DNA from: a virus
Taxonomy: Duplodnaviria > Caudoviricetes
DNA: 64,000 nt
Direction: 5' to 3' (one strand)
Virus record (IMG/VR): IMGVR_UViG_3300021958_000024
This document shows, piece after piece, positions 39,201-47,677 of this stretch (positions are counted from its first letter, which is position 1; every line of letters begins with the position of its first letter). The notes under the pieces were generated by a model. That model searched no databases and had not been told where the DNA came from. It saw only the letters and a list, made by a program, of their open reading frames with translations. Both the position numbers and the translations under genes were made by a program.

Positions 39201-40958
39201 GGAGCACCTGCATTTACTTTTGAAGATGTTCCTCTAGTTTCATTAACAGGTGATGGTAAGAATGCTACTGCTGATATTACAATCGATGGTGGTGTTGCTA
39301 TTGCTGCAACTATCGTAAATGGTGGTTCTGGATATGTTATTGGCGAAGAATTGACAGCATCTCAACTAGGAATCTCTTCTGTTGGAAGAAATCTTGTATT
39401 GTCAGTAACTGATATTTTTGGCATAAATCAAATCATTATGGACGAAATCCAAGGTGATTTTAATGTTTCACCTACTAAAGCACTATACTTCTACAGTAAT
39501 GATCCTGTTGTTGGATTCGGAACAACTACTATTAATGCATTAGGTAATGGTGGAAATGATACTGATGTAACAGTTGAATCTATAGAAACTGTTCATGATG
39601 GATTACATATTGAAGTTATCCATAAAAACCACGGAATGCATTCTCTACAAAATAGAGTGTTGATTTCTGGTGTAGAATCTGATGTTTCTCCTGCAACACT
39701 AGTAGGATCACTTTCAAGAACATCTACTGAGGATATTGAGTTAGATGCAGATGATATTTCAGTATTTGAAGCCTTTGAAAACATTCCAGTTTCTGCTCAG
39801 AATCCTGGTTATATTTCTATTGGAAATGAAATCATTTCATATACTGGAGTTACTGGAAGTAGTTTAACGGGTATTGGAAGAGACATTGATACATCATCAA
39901 TAGCAATTCCTCGCACTGTTAACTATAATCCAAAAGTATATAAGTATGAATATAATGGTATTTCTCTAAGAAGAATCAATAAGGAACACTTCTTACAAGA
40001 TGCTACGGTAGAAAACCCAATTGGACTAGACAAATATAACATTAAGATAGATACTTCAACTGATGGAGTAGATAGATCTACTGGAGTTACATATCCAAAA
40101 CTATTCTTAGCTGAAACTAAGAGTGGTGGTGGACCTGGAGTCTATGGTTCTAAGAACATTGCCTATGAAATGATTCATCCTATTATAAATACATTAGTTC
40201 TTCCAGATGCAACACTAACTGCTACGGTTAGAACAACAACTGGTACTAGTATTGATGGAAATGAAGAATCATTCCTTGATGCTGGAACCGTTCCATTGAC
40301 TATTAATGAAGATAACTATTTTGAATCTCCTAGAGTTATTGCTTCCAGAATCAATGAACTTGCTTTTGCAGATCAACTACCTGGAAACAAATCTCTAGAA
40401 ATTACTTTAAACTTATCAACAGATCAACCAGTTATTAGTCCTATTATTGACCTGGATCGTCTTGGTGCTGTATTTGTATCAAATAGAGTAAATAATCCAA
40501 TCAGTGATTATATTAATGATTCCAGAACATCCAGTAGTACAGAAGATCCAACCGCATTTACATATCAAACAAAACCAATCCAACTAGAGTTCCCAGCAAC
40601 TTCTATAAAAGTTCTTGTTGAAGCATATATAAATCAATATACTGATGTTAGAGCATTCTTTGCTGTTATGAAGTCTGCAGAAAAAGAACCAATCTATTAT
40701 CCATTCCCTGGATTTAGAAATAGATTGGCATCGGGTGAAGTTATTGATATTACCAAAAATGATGGAACTCCAGATAAACAATATAGTAGAAATAATGCTC
40801 TAGGATATGAGCAAGGTGGCATCAGTTATGTTGATTTAGAGTTTAATATTGATAATCTTGAGCCATTTAACTTCTTCTCAGTGAAGTTGTTAGGCACCTC
40901 AACAAATCAGGCATTCCCACCAAGATTTAGAGATCTAAGAGTTATTGGATTAGCATAG
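33237..40958 (+). CDS. Large virion structural protein (VrlC/DUF4815-like), 2573 aa
   Basis: PYFDDFD...LFKPGYPIQARELS N-terminus, RYRMSDI, FKSGFFVDDF, DPLAQSF, FKSQNGSTW; usual cyanomyovirus position after g8. Confidence 0.85.
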   Translation: MPSKTNLNVFPYFDDFDEDKNYYKVLFKPGYPIQARELSNVQSILQNQIEQFGNHVFKEGSVVIPGNISFTRITGVEVQNTFNAIDIDQYINNAKMYGYVIVGRDSGLRAKVVKVLRKIDYPDLNNTLVYFQYLNTGTNNETEFQPGESLYAESEILPVLRRGVTSSTLVNVKTQSTEDIFGDRGVQSTIVTASRSSSNISGQYQYENVSTIDDITLRSGQDFLLVKTPIIGSAAIISEGVYFLRGNFVNVDEELLVVDRFSFLANAKIGLSITEQIITSDNDSTLFDNSRGFSNYAAPGADRLKITARLASLDLDDDQTDNFIELTRVEDGNIVFLNRNPEYNELGNELARRTYDGSGDYYITPFTLTVEESLNDLEGSRGVFKEGEVTREQNTPKESMGVFKLSPGKAYVKGYEIERLASTLIDFEKPRDTKTLLNQSIQYAPGTGLTLNRLHGTPKIGISTYHVSLRDSRLGSNNLEASGKEIGLSRVYDFALESGAYNTSNLDLNEWDLNAYDLDFYTEITLNQPVTETVPSKIDGKYTGAFSFLRFGASNAGVVTAYSSSGRYSIGEKITFSNGETRVITNIRSYGIDDTKSVYGNVGLSTFTGDLKQSKKVSLGSVAIQGESAGVSTVTSPSTVFTNICEDGDLVSYTIGENTVPNFAKIQSVSTNSIVIEPVQSVSGICIGTLPVSTTTGLDFAILTTERQVGNNALYTPFPKQNIESVDLSESRISIRREYSVTIAGNGFNISASTLSANESFQPYDEERYSLVTLDGTIIPLESGNFAFSNGGREVTLTNLTTNGQARFIASLYKSTVKSRAKVKKIEVATLSKSSLEQSGVNIAGVGATTLNDGLVFGNYPYGTRVQDDRICLNHPEVIRLYGVFESRTTEDPILPKLTITNILTSEKSPTTANNIKVGERLIGSTSECVLVCTNIINPSTIEVVSVNKKTPSTSEAIKGKETGITAEVVNYIDTQSVNITDRYLLESGETSQAYTYSFLKRVSSSASPKRRIKVVYDRVYIPSDDAGDVVCVNSYSSIPRNTISSAPGQTSKTDILDLRPIPDPFLVYEGQRSPFEFFGKNYSETNNSFRDILVADEDIILNYTFYLGRVDRIFLDINEQIIVKKGVASESLDPPESPANALEIARVTFAPYAKNARKAADIQLLTHKRYRMSDISKLENRIKNLEYYTTLNLLEQSTSALSVPDSNGLNRFKSGFFVDDFSTRNNQYVVEGQIKNSNDKVNRELRPACYTTELDLTLANNINYNTNNAPSVHPVKGISRSVYDDVKFTQISNIIGNNIQITGGGGARNENTGKGLLTLAYNEEIRIRQSFSTRVVNVTPYLVTNYYGQIDLNPSSDVWSEETILEPLIITGIEGRVIEESPSFTAQEFASQDGFDPVSWGSWRNNWTGSSQAVIGRGSVSSSSTSQSGNTVTVATTTTSGNVVQTTNTGTATQQGTTTRITNPIEDKNLGNRVVSASSAAYLRSRNVEFIAKKMKPSTRLYAFFDDQDVTALCTPKLLEIEMVDGSFTIGEDVIFYDENNFVIAGYRCAAPNHQYGNINDPNAQTFYDRSPYDQSLLPTVYTESSNILNVDTTASGDYSSGYGGNVLIGARAEGVTSGAVATISNKRLFTDQVGVVIGSLFVPNPNDDTNQRFTTGAISFKVSNDQSNDIILGVETTEATGQFFSSGFITQTQETTIQVRNTLIESATITRERAIVSTSTAFVPTNTTTSSFSFTVSPPAPPNRHDPLAQSFFIPNAAGVFVTHMDLYFQAKSEDLPVYVELRSMELGLPTTEVYPLSRVELLPSQVNISDDAAVPTRVNFQGPVYLEGNKEHCIVLLSDVTDYYVWISRLGETTFGVNGEEIAITTQNELGSLFKSQNGSTWSPSQYEDLKFTLFNARFVEQGSVTLVNSDVSQVNNLYKDPLKTYSKTQRVSLGATITDTNLRIGNTIYQEDSNASGVYIGNAGIATGNLSLANAGIGYTPFEFGAPAFTFEDVPLVSLTGDGKNATADITIDGGVAIAATIVNGGSGYVIGEELTASQLGISSVGRNLVLSVTDIFGINQIIMDEIQGDFNVSPTKALYFYSNDPVVGFGTTTINALGNGGNDTDVTVESIETVHDGLHIEVIHKNHGMHSLQNRVLISGVESDVSPATLVGSLSRTSTEDIELDADDISVFEAFENIPVSAQNPGYISIGNEIISYTGVTGSSLTGIGRDIDTSSIAIPRTVNYNPKVYKYEYNGISLRRINKEHFLQDATVENPIGLDKYNIKIDTSTDGVDRSTGVTYPKLFLAETKSGGGPGVYGSKNIAYEMIHPIINTLVLPDATLTATVRTTTGTSIDGNEESFLDAGTVPLTINEDNYFESPRVIASRINELAFADQLPGNKSLEITLNLSTDQPVISPIIDLDRLGAVFVSNRVNNPISDYINDSRTSSSTEDPTAFTYQTKPIQLEFPATSIKVLVEAYINQYTDVRAFFAVMKSAEKEPIYYPFPGFRNRLASGEVIDITKNDGTPDKQYSRNNALGYEQGGISYVDLEFNIDNLEPFNFFSVKLLGTSTNQAFPPRFRDLRVIGLA

Positions 40959-40959
40959 T

Positions 40960-41187
40960 ATGGACAGATTAAAAGTAAAAGATCAATCCCATTTATATAG
41001 AGATAGTAATAGTAATGCTATTATTAATACTGATAAAGGTCAGTATGATCTCTATATAAAAAGGAGAGAGAAACGGAAAAGTGAAAACAGTAAAATTGAG
41101 CACATCGAAAATGATTTGAATAGGTTAAAATCGGACATTAATGAAATAAAATCATTATTAATGGAGATTAAGAATGGATCCCTCTGA
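40960..41187 (+). CDS. Small coiled-coil hypothetical protein
   Basis: LYRDSNSNAIIN...heptad C-terminus. Confidence 0.75.
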   Translation: MDRLKVKDQSHLYRDSNSNAIINTDKGQYDLYIKRREKRKSENSKIEHIENDLNRLKSDINEIKSLLMEIKNGSL

Positions 41188-41338
41188 CATAACTCTAGAT
41201 TCTGTTGCAAAAAACTTTGAGTATGAAAAAAATGCTAGAAACATAGATAGTATAAGTGATGTTCAGACTTTGCGAAATATTGCTAAGTCAATGCACAAAT
41301 TATACTTAAAACAGCAAGAAGTCATTTCTAAACTATAA
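41174..41338 (+). CDS. Small helical protein (54 aa), weakly NblA-like
   Basis: GGAGA RBS; MDPSDITLDSVAKNFEYEK...LYLKQQEVISKL; TAATG overlap with g13. Confidence 0.65.
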   Translation: MDPSDITLDSVAKNFEYEKNARNIDSISDVQTLRNIAKSMHKLYLKQQEVISKL

Positions 41339-42180
41339 TGGCACAACCATCAACGAGACAAGAACTAATAGACTACTGCTTAAGGAAACTTGGCGCTCCA
41401 GTTTTAGAGATAAACGTTGCTGAAGAGCAAATCGAAGATCTCGTTGATGATGCCTTGCAGTTCTTCCAAGAGCGACATTTTGATGGCGTCTACCCAACAT
41501 TCTTAAAGTATAAGATTACTCAAGCAGATATTGATAGAGGAAAAGCAAAATCTGTATCTGATGTTGGAGTAGACGTTACAGATGTTTCCACTACTGTTGC
41601 TGGAGTTGGAGTAACGTTTTCATACTTTGAAAATGGCAACTATTTAAAAGTTCCAGATTATGTTACTGGCGTAAATAAGATTTTTACATTTGAGGGTTCT
41701 AACTCAGTATCTTCTGGAATGTTTAGTATTAAATATCAACTATTTTTGAATGATATTTATTATTGGGGTTCTACTGAGTTGCTTACATATGCTATGACAA
41801 AATCATATCTTGAAGATATTGATTTCTTATTAACTACACAAAAACAAATCAGATTTAATAAAAGACAAGATAGACTTTATTTAGATATTGATTGGAACAA
41901 CGTTAGTGTTGGTCAATATTTTGTTATTGATTGCTACAGATTATTGGATCCTAGTGATTATTCAAAAGTTTGGAACGATTCTTTTGTTAAAAAATATCTA
42001 ACTTCTTTGATTAAAAGGCAATGGGGTCAGAATCTAATCAAGTTTAATGGAGTTAAACTTCCAGGAGGAGTTGAGTTTAATGGAAGACAACTTTATGATG
42101 ATGGTCAAGCTGAGATTGATGCATTAATGCAGCAAATGACATATGACTATGAGTTACCACCTTTAGACATGATAGGTTGA
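41338..42180 (+). CDS. g13: Neck protein gp13
   Basis: YCLRKLGAPVLEINV, QWGQNLIKF, LPGGVEFNG. Confidence 0.95.
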   Translation: MAQPSTRQELIDYCLRKLGAPVLEINVAEEQIEDLVDDALQFFQERHFDGVYPTFLKYKITQADIDRGKAKSVSDVGVDVTDVSTTVAGVGVTFSYFENGNYLKVPDYVTGVNKIFTFEGSNSVSSGMFSIKYQLFLNDIYYWGSTELLTYAMTKSYLEDIDFLLTTQKQIRFNKRQDRLYLDIDWNNVSVGQYFVIDCYRLLDPSDYSKVWNDSFVKKYLTSLIKRQWGQNLIKFNGVKLPGGVEFNGRQLYDDGQAEIDALMQQMTYDYELPPLDMIG

Positions 42181-42184
42181 TATT

Positions 42185-43633
42185 ATGCCATTAAATCCAT
42201 TTTTTCTACAGGGATCTAAACTTGAACAAAATCTGGTTCAAGATTTAATAAATGAACAGTTGAAAATGTATGGCATTGATGTATATTATATGCCGAGACA
42301 GTTTATAAAGAAAAACTCTATTATAAAAGAAGTTGTAAAATCAGAGTTTAATAATGCGTATCCACTTGAAGCATATTTAGAAACTTATGATGGATATGGT
42401 GGGCAAGGTACTATATTATCAAAGTTTGGTATAGAAGAAGTTGATGATATTACTCTGATCATTTCTAGAGATAGATATGAGACTTATATAAAACCATTAA
42501 TAGAAAATCTAGAAGATGCAGAGTTAGGTGATAGACCAAAAGAAGGAGATTTAATCTATTTTCCTTTAGGAGACAGATTATTTGAAATCAAATATGTTGA
42601 GCACGAAAAACCTTTTTATCAACTCAATAAAAACTATGTTTATGAGTTAAGATGCGAACTCTTTAGATATCAGGACGAAATTATCGATACAACAATTGAA
42701 GATATTGACGATAATACTAAAGATATTGGATATATCCAAACTTTACAGATGTTTACTGGTGCTGGTGTAACTGCTACAGCATATATTAGCAATGTTGTTA
42801 AAGATGGTGTTAGAAGATTTATTTTAAGTAGTGGTGGAGATGGATATACCAGTCCACCAAAAGTCAGAATATCAATGCCGCAAGATATTCTTGGATTTGG
42901 TACTGAGTTTGCGGGTGCTCCTGCTGCTGGTATTGCTAGTATGTTTGGTCCACAAACATTCCAATCAGTAAAATCTATTGAGATTACTAATAGTGGATAT
43001 GGATATACTGCATCTTCTCCACCGCAGGTTATATTCTTAGAGGGTGGTGGACAAGGAGCATCTGCAACTGTTGAGATTGGTAGAGGAGTTCTGCAAGAGA
43101 TTAGACTTATTCAAGGTGGTGGTGGATACTTAAATCCTCCTATTGTAACTATTTCTGAACCTGTTGGAACTCCAACTGGGATCACTACAAGTCAAGCAGA
43201 AGCAGTTGCAAGAATAAATGGTGCTGGTATAGTCACATCCGTTGCATTTACAAATGCTGGTTTGGGATATACAAGAACTCCCACAGTAACATTCTCCACT
43301 CCAGATTTAACGGTTCCTGGAATAGGAACGTTTAGGTATAATGAATCTATAACTGGTCAACAAAGTGGTGCAACTGGTATCGTAAAATCTTGGAATGTTG
43401 TTACTGGCATATTAGAACTTTCTAATGTTATTGGTCAGTTTAACAGTGGAGAGGATATTGTTGGTGCTGATTCGGAAGCTTCATACACATTAAGAATAGG
43501 TTATACCGATAATCTGGCAGATGCTGGAGATTCAAATAATAAATATGGTAAGTATGAAGATAACTACGACATACAAGTTGAAGCCGATGGAATACTCGAC
43601 TTTACTGAAGAAAATCCTTTTGGAAGAGTATAG
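42185..43633 (+). CDS. g14: Neck protein gp14 with inserted G-x-G-Y-T repeat modules
   Basis: EQNLVQDLINEQLKMYG, RPKEGDLIYFP, DFTEENPFG. Confidence 0.93.
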   Translation: MPLNPFFLQGSKLEQNLVQDLINEQLKMYGIDVYYMPRQFIKKNSIIKEVVKSEFNNAYPLEAYLETYDGYGGQGTILSKFGIEEVDDITLIISRDRYETYIKPLIENLEDAELGDRPKEGDLIYFPLGDRLFEIKYVEHEKPFYQLNKNYVYELRCELFRYQDEIIDTTIEDIDDNTKDIGYIQTLQMFTGAGVTATAYISNVVKDGVRRFILSSGGDGYTSPPKVRISMPQDILGFGTEFAGAPAAGIASMFGPQTFQSVKSIEITNSGYGYTASSPPQVIFLEGGGQGASATVEIGRGVLQEIRLIQGGGGYLNPPIVTISEPVGTPTGITTSQAEAVARINGAGIVTSVAFTNAGLGYTRTPTVTFSTPDLTVPGIGTFRYNESITGQQSGATGIVKSWNVVTGILELSNVIGQFNSGEDIVGADSEASYTLRIGYTDNLADAGDSNNKYGKYEDNYDIQVEADGILDFTEENPFGRV

Positions 43634-43644
43634 GGGACTAAAAA

Positions 43645-44646
43645 ATGTTTGAATATTTTTACCACTCAATAATGAGAAAAACCATTATTGGTTTTGGTAC
43701 GCTTTTTAATAATATCAAAATAAAAACTACCAATGCTGATAATGAAATAATATCGGAACTAAAAGTTCCGATTGCATATGCCCCTATGCAAAAGTTTTTG
43801 GCAAGACTTGAGCAATCACCAGATCTAGACAATCCAGTAAGAATGACTCTTCCGAAGATGTCATTTGAACTTGTAGGTTTGACTTATGATAGCTCAAGAA
43901 AAGTAACTACTACTCAATCATTCTTGGTTTCAGACAGAACTCAGAAATCAAAAATGAAGAAAGTTTATATGCCTGTTCCATATACAATGGAATTTGAGTT
44001 GAACATTATGGCTAAACATAATGACGATGCCCTACAGATTGTAGAGCAGATTTTGCCATATTTTCAACCATCATATACTTTAACAATCGATTTGATTGAT
44101 TCTATTGGTGAAAAGAGAGATATTCCATTTACTCTCAATAATATTACCATGGAAGATCGATACGATGGTGATTTTAAAGATAGAAGAGCAATTATCTATT
44201 CATTGAAGTTCTCTGCGAAAACGTATCTATTTGGACCAGTACCAAAGACAGAAGCTGGAGATATCATCAAAAAAGTACAAGTTGGTTATTTTGCTGGGGA
44301 CAAAGTAGCTTCTACAAGAGAGATTACTTATCAAACAACTCCTGTCGCATCTGTAAACTATACAAATTTTGGTGTTACAACAACTGCCTCTGATATGGAA
44401 ATATCAACAAATGAGTTCTCTGTTGTTGATCCAAATGTATTATCTGAAAATAGTTATATTACTGTGGATGGTGAAACTATGAAGATCATTCGAATCAGTG
44501 ATGTCAATGTTAGAGTTGAAAGAGGATCTTATGGAACAAAGATTACTCAACACGTTGCTGGAACGGCAATCAAAAATATTACTGTACAAGATAACGACTT
44601 GATTGAAGTTGGAGATAACTTCGGATTTGATATGTCATCTTTTTGA
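43645..44646 (+). CDS. g15: Tail sheath stabilizer/completion protein gp15
   Basis: YFYHSIMRKTIIGFGTLFNNI, QIVEQILPYFQP. Confidence 0.93.
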   Translation: MFEYFYHSIMRKTIIGFGTLFNNIKIKTTNADNEIISELKVPIAYAPMQKFLARLEQSPDLDNPVRMTLPKMSFELVGLTYDSSRKVTTTQSFLVSDRTQKSKMKKVYMPVPYTMEFELNIMAKHNDDALQIVEQILPYFQPSYTLTIDLIDSIGEKRDIPFTLNNITMEDRYDGDFKDRRAIIYSLKFSAKTYLFGPVPKTEAGDIIKKVQVGYFAGDKVASTREITYQTTPVASVNYTNFGVTTTASDMEISTNEFSVVDPNVLSENSYITVDGETMKIIRISDVNVRVERGSYGTKITQHVAGTAIKNITVQDNDLIEVGDNFGFDMSSF

Positions 44647-44654
44647 GGTAGGGT

Positions 44655-45113
44655 ATGAAAAAAGCATTTGATGGTTTAGACGATGCATTTAATATTAAAA
44701 ATGATACTGATGAAAATAAAAATGAAGAAAAAATAAAAGAAGTTGAAGTTTTACCAGATAATGATCAAAAAATAGTAAAACAAAGTAAAGAAGAACATAT
44801 TGATAAAGACTATGATTATACTAGAGGAAATCTTTACTCTATTATAGAAAAGGGTCAAGAAGCTATTAATGGTGTCTTAGAGTTAGCACAAGAAACTGAC
44901 TCTCCAAGAGCATATGAAGTTCTTGGGCAACTTATTAAAAACGTGTCTGATACCACAGATAAGTTAATGGATCTTCAAAAGAAGATTAAGGATATGGAAG
45001 AAGAAAAGCAAAAAGGTCCCACAAATGTTACTAATAATGCAATGTTTTTTGGATCTACAGCGGATCTATCCAAGTTTTTAAAACAGCAGCAAAATAATAC
45101 TGATGATAAATAA
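44655..45113 (+). CDS. g16: Terminase small subunit gp16
   Basis: DYDYTRGNL, SPRAYEV, FFGSTADL. Confidence 0.92.
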   Translation: MKKAFDGLDDAFNIKNDTDENKNEEKIKEVEVLPDNDQKIVKQSKEEHIDKDYDYTRGNLYSIIEKGQEAINGVLELAQETDSPRAYEVLGQLIKNVSDTTDKLMDLQKKIKDMEEEKQKGPTNVTNNAMFFGSTADLSKFLKQQQNNTDDK

Positions 45114-45136
45114 TACGTGGAAGATTAGTAATAAAA

Positions 45137-46006
45137 ATGTCATTCAATCATCCTATCAACAAAACAGCACATTCTTCTGCAAAAAAGCAGAACAAAATTG
45201 CTGCTATGAAAAAATCTCCAAATGAAAACGAAAGGAAGGTTGCTGACAAAAAGTTACGTCCATCCGCAAAAGTTGATGTTCCAAGCTTTCTGAAAAACGA
45301 AGTTTCATTAGTCGATAAAATCGTAGAAGAAATCATTCAAGAGAAAAAAAATAAAGGACTCTGGTCAAATATTCATGCTAAACGTAAGCGTGGAGAATCG
45401 CCAGCGAAACCTGGGGATAAGAATTATCCAAAGACTTTGAATGTTGAAGAAAAAGAAAACAAAGTAACTATAGAAGATGCTGATGGCAACACATTTTTAG
45501 AAGTTGTCGATTTAATCACTCCAGATCCACTAGTTTCAGAAGGGATTGTAAGAATCCCAGCTAAAACGGGGAACATTGTTTTAGTGGGTCTTACTTGGAG
45601 AGGAAGATATCATTCAATAAAGATGTTTTTCCCACAAACAAAGTTCCCCACAAGAACTGAAGTTCAAAATGAGATAGAAAAGGTCTACCCAGGCGCACGA
45701 GTATACAGTTTTAACGTATCCGAGTATGAGCCAGGAAAACCAATGGTCCAAGTCTCTGAAGGAGCATCTTGGACAAAAAAAGAAGGAAAGAATGAATCTG
45801 GAGGACTTAATGAAAAGGGACGAAGGTCTTATGAAAAGGAAAATCCAGGATCTGACCTTAAAGCACCTTCAAAGGAGGTTGGAAATCCCAGACGGGCATC
45901 CTTCTGTAGAAGAATGAAAGGAATGAAAACAAAACTGACCTCAAAGAAAACTGCTAACGATCCCGATAGCAGAATCAATAAGTCCCTGAGAGCATGGAAC
46001 TGCTGA
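45137..46006 (+). CDS. Modular hypothetical protein with basic C-terminal domain (WTKKEGK...KSLRAWNC)
   Basis: 289-aa ORF after ATAAATA at 45106. Confidence 0.75.
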   Translation: MSFNHPINKTAHSSAKKQNKIAAMKKSPNENERKVADKKLRPSAKVDVPSFLKNEVSLVDKIVEEIIQEKKNKGLWSNIHAKRKRGESPAKPGDKNYPKTLNVEEKENKVTIEDADGNTFLEVVDLITPDPLVSEGIVRIPAKTGNIVLVGLTWRGRYHSIKMFFPQTKFPTRTEVQNEIEKVYPGARVYSFNVSEYEPGKPMVQVSEGASWTKKEGKNESGGLNEKGRRSYEKENPGSDLKAPSKEVGNPRRASFCRRMKGMKTKLTSKKTANDPDSRINKSLRAWNC

Positions 46007-46007
46007 T

Positions 46008-46343
46008 ATGAAATCATTCAAACAGTTTTTATCTGAAAGTATCACTATTAATGGAGATTTCAACGGAACTCTTAACGTTGGAGATTCTCATCAAGAACAG
46101 ACTAAAGAAGAAAATAGTTTCTATGCTGATCTTGTTTGGGAAGGAAAAATATATAGAATACAGTTCATGACAAATGAAAATATTCTTCCAACTCCAGCAA
46201 ACTTAGCAAACCATTTGCAAGATGAGTATCCAGGGGGAATAGTTCATAATGTTTATCCGATTACAGAAAAAAATAAAAACTATAGAGTTAAATCTGTACA
46301 GAGGTATCAACCAGAAGCATTGACATGGAAAACTGAATCTTGA
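46008..46343 (+). CDS. Hypothetical protein with capsid-targeting-like N-terminus
   Basis: Begins MKSFKQFLSE. Confidence 0.7.
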   Translation: MKSFKQFLSESITINGDFNGTLNVGDSHQEQTKEENSFYADLVWEGKIYRIQFMTNENILPTPANLANHLQDEYPGGIVHNVYPITEKNKNYRVKSVQRYQPEALTWKTES

Positions 46344-46351
46344 GGTAGATT

Positions 46352-47674
46352 ATGGCACAGTGGAATAAAAATACACAAGACTTTCTCAATCAAGAAAGAA
46401 GTCTATTTGAGGTTAATGGTGTTGCAACCAGAGATGGTAAGATTGTAGATAAATTTAATAGATTTCCAGTTGATGTTCTTCCAGCAAATGCAGATGCTTT
46501 TGGAAGAACAAGAGTATCAAGTCCATTAACTCTTTTTGATTCATCTCACAGATATAAAGATAACAATCTTTGGGATAGTTTGTTAGTAGGCACAGGTTCT
46601 ACAGTTGGTTTCGTAACCACACAAGGTTTAATAAACATAGGTATTGGAACCACTGCTGGTTGTTCTGCAATTAGAGAAACCACAAAAGTATTTTCATATC
46701 AACCAGGAAAGTCATTATTAGTATTGAATACTTTTGTTCCTGCAACACCAAAAGCAAATCTAAGGCAAAGAATTGGATATTTTGGTGCAGATAATGGAAT
46801 GTATTTTGAGATTGATGGAACTACTGCATATTTCGTAGAAAGAAGTTTATCAACTGGAACAGAAACAAGAGTAGCACAGACAGATTGGAATATTGATAAG
46901 TTAGATGGAACTGGCATTTCTGGAATTACTTTAGATATTACTAAAGCACAAATCCTTTGGATGGATATTGAGTGGTTAGGACTTGGTACAGTTAGAATTG
47001 GTTTTGTGATTAACGGTCAGTTTATTCATTGCCATTCATTCCATCACGCAAATATTATTCAATCAACTTATATTACAACAGCATCATTACCTTTGAGATA
47101 TGAGATTAGTAATACTGGAATTACTACAAGTTCAAGCACACTCAAACAGGTTTGTTCTTCTGTGGTTTCAGAAGGTGGTTATGATCTTCGTGGATTACAA
47201 CAGGCAGTACAAACACCAATTACAGCACCAGTAGATTTACCTTCACCAGCAGGAACTTATTATCCAGTACTTTCAATTCGTCTCAAATCTTCTCCAAATA
47301 GATTAGATGCAATTGTTATTTTGACTGCATTATCAATTATGGGAACGGGAAATGGACCATTGTTTAATTGGCAACTGAGAGCATCAGCAACTACATCAGG
47401 TGGAACTTGGGTAAGTTCTGGGGTTGATGGTGCAGTTGAATATAAGATTGATGGTGGAACTGTGAGTGGTGGAAGAATATTAGCATCTGGATTTTTCTCA
47501 TCAACTAATCAATCACAAGCATCAGTAGATATTCTCAAAGAAGCACTCTTTAAGTTCCAGTTAGAACGAAATGGATTAACTGGAACTCCTTATGAATTAA
47601 CACTTGTTTGTTCTACTGATACTTCTGGTGCTAATGTTTTTGCTTCACTGGACTGGGAAGAAATTAGTAGGTAA
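46352..47674 (+). CDS. Beta-rich hypothetical (likely virion-associated) protein
   Basis: 440-aa ORF, DAFGRTRVS...YQPGKS...DIEWLGLG; GAGG RBS. Confidence 0.75.
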   Translation: MAQWNKNTQDFLNQERSLFEVNGVATRDGKIVDKFNRFPVDVLPANADAFGRTRVSSPLTLFDSSHRYKDNNLWDSLLVGTGSTVGFVTTQGLINIGIGTTAGCSAIRETTKVFSYQPGKSLLVLNTFVPATPKANLRQRIGYFGADNGMYFEIDGTTAYFVERSLSTGTETRVAQTDWNIDKLDGTGISGITLDITKAQILWMDIEWLGLGTVRIGFVINGQFIHCHSFHHANIIQSTYITTASLPLRYEISNTGITTSSSTLKQVCSSVVSEGGYDLRGLQQAVQTPITAPVDLPSPAGTYYPVLSIRLKSSPNRLDAIVILTALSIMGTGNGPLFNWQLRASATTSGGTWVSSGVDGAVEYKIDGGTVSGGRILASGFFSSTNQSQASVDILKEALFKFQLERNGLTGTPYELTLVCSTDTSGANVFASLDWEEISR

Positions 47675-47677
47675 TTT

